DNA from: Candidatus Helarchaeota archaeon
GTDB taxonomy: Archaea; Asgardarchaeota; Lokiarchaeia; Helarchaeales; RDOG01
Length of the DNA stretch: 15,915 nt
NCBI GenBank assembly: GCA_029838215.1
Contig: JALGVI010000063.1
Coordinates: 1 to 15,915 of the forward strand
Direction of reading: 5' to 3'
Shown here: piece by piece, positions 15,877 to 15,915 of the stretch
How the letters are laid out: every line of letters begins with the position of its first letter
How positions within the stretch are numbered: position 1 is the first letter of the stretch
Translations under genes and position numbers: made by a program
The notes under the pieces: generated by a model
Databases searched by the model: none
What the model was told of the DNA's origin: nothing
The model's input: only the letters and a program-made list of their open reading frames with translations

Positions 15877-15915
15877 TTGAAAGTACTGTTAACCGGTGCA
15901 TTTGGAAATGTAGGG
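15877..15915 (+). CDS. 5' end of an NAD(P)-binding Rossmann protein (NAD-dependent epimerase/extended SDR-like), truncated by the window edge
   Basis: TTG start after an SD-like GTGATG, reading (M)KVLLTGAFGNVG, a TGxxGxxG motif. There is an in-frame TGA just upstream. Not in the supplied ORF track. Confidence 0.75.
   Translation, partial: MKVLLTGAFGNVG

Noticed and set aside
1-15915. CRISPR arrays, IS elements, inteins, Sec (TGA) read-through
   Set aside because: No regularly spaced repeats, transposase or intein motifs seen, and all real CDSs are uninterrupted.

Overview
Archaeal chromosomal window, probably from an Asgard-type anaerobe (inferred from the eukaryote-like STT3 motifs, gene order and Hdr/Fwd-type genes). 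It holds 11 complete CDSs plus the start of a twelfth. On the + strand is a 1613-aa oligosaccharyltransferase (AglB/STT3). Its ~760-aa catalytic core is fused to ~855 aa of about eight Ig/CARDB-like beta-sandwich repeats carrying roughly 50 N-glycosylation sequons; this is the most unusual feature. Converging on it from the - strand is the conserved archaeal replication-translation cluster priL-priS-gins15-rpl44e-rps27e-aIF2alpha. Nop10 and PCNA are absent from the cluster, aIF2alpha has a basic-then-acidic N-terminal extension, and PriL ends in a hydrophobic tail-anchor-like segment. Further along the - strand are a tightly coupled hdrA-mvhD fusion plus shortened FwdF-like polyferredoxin, a stand-alone MerA-type flavoprotein and an HTH_10 (Bat-type) regulator. 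The regulator is divergent from a truncated NAD-binding (epimerase/SDR-like) gene at the right edge. I found no rRNA, tRNA, CRISPR array or mobile element. All calls are by-eye motif recognition; no database search was run.
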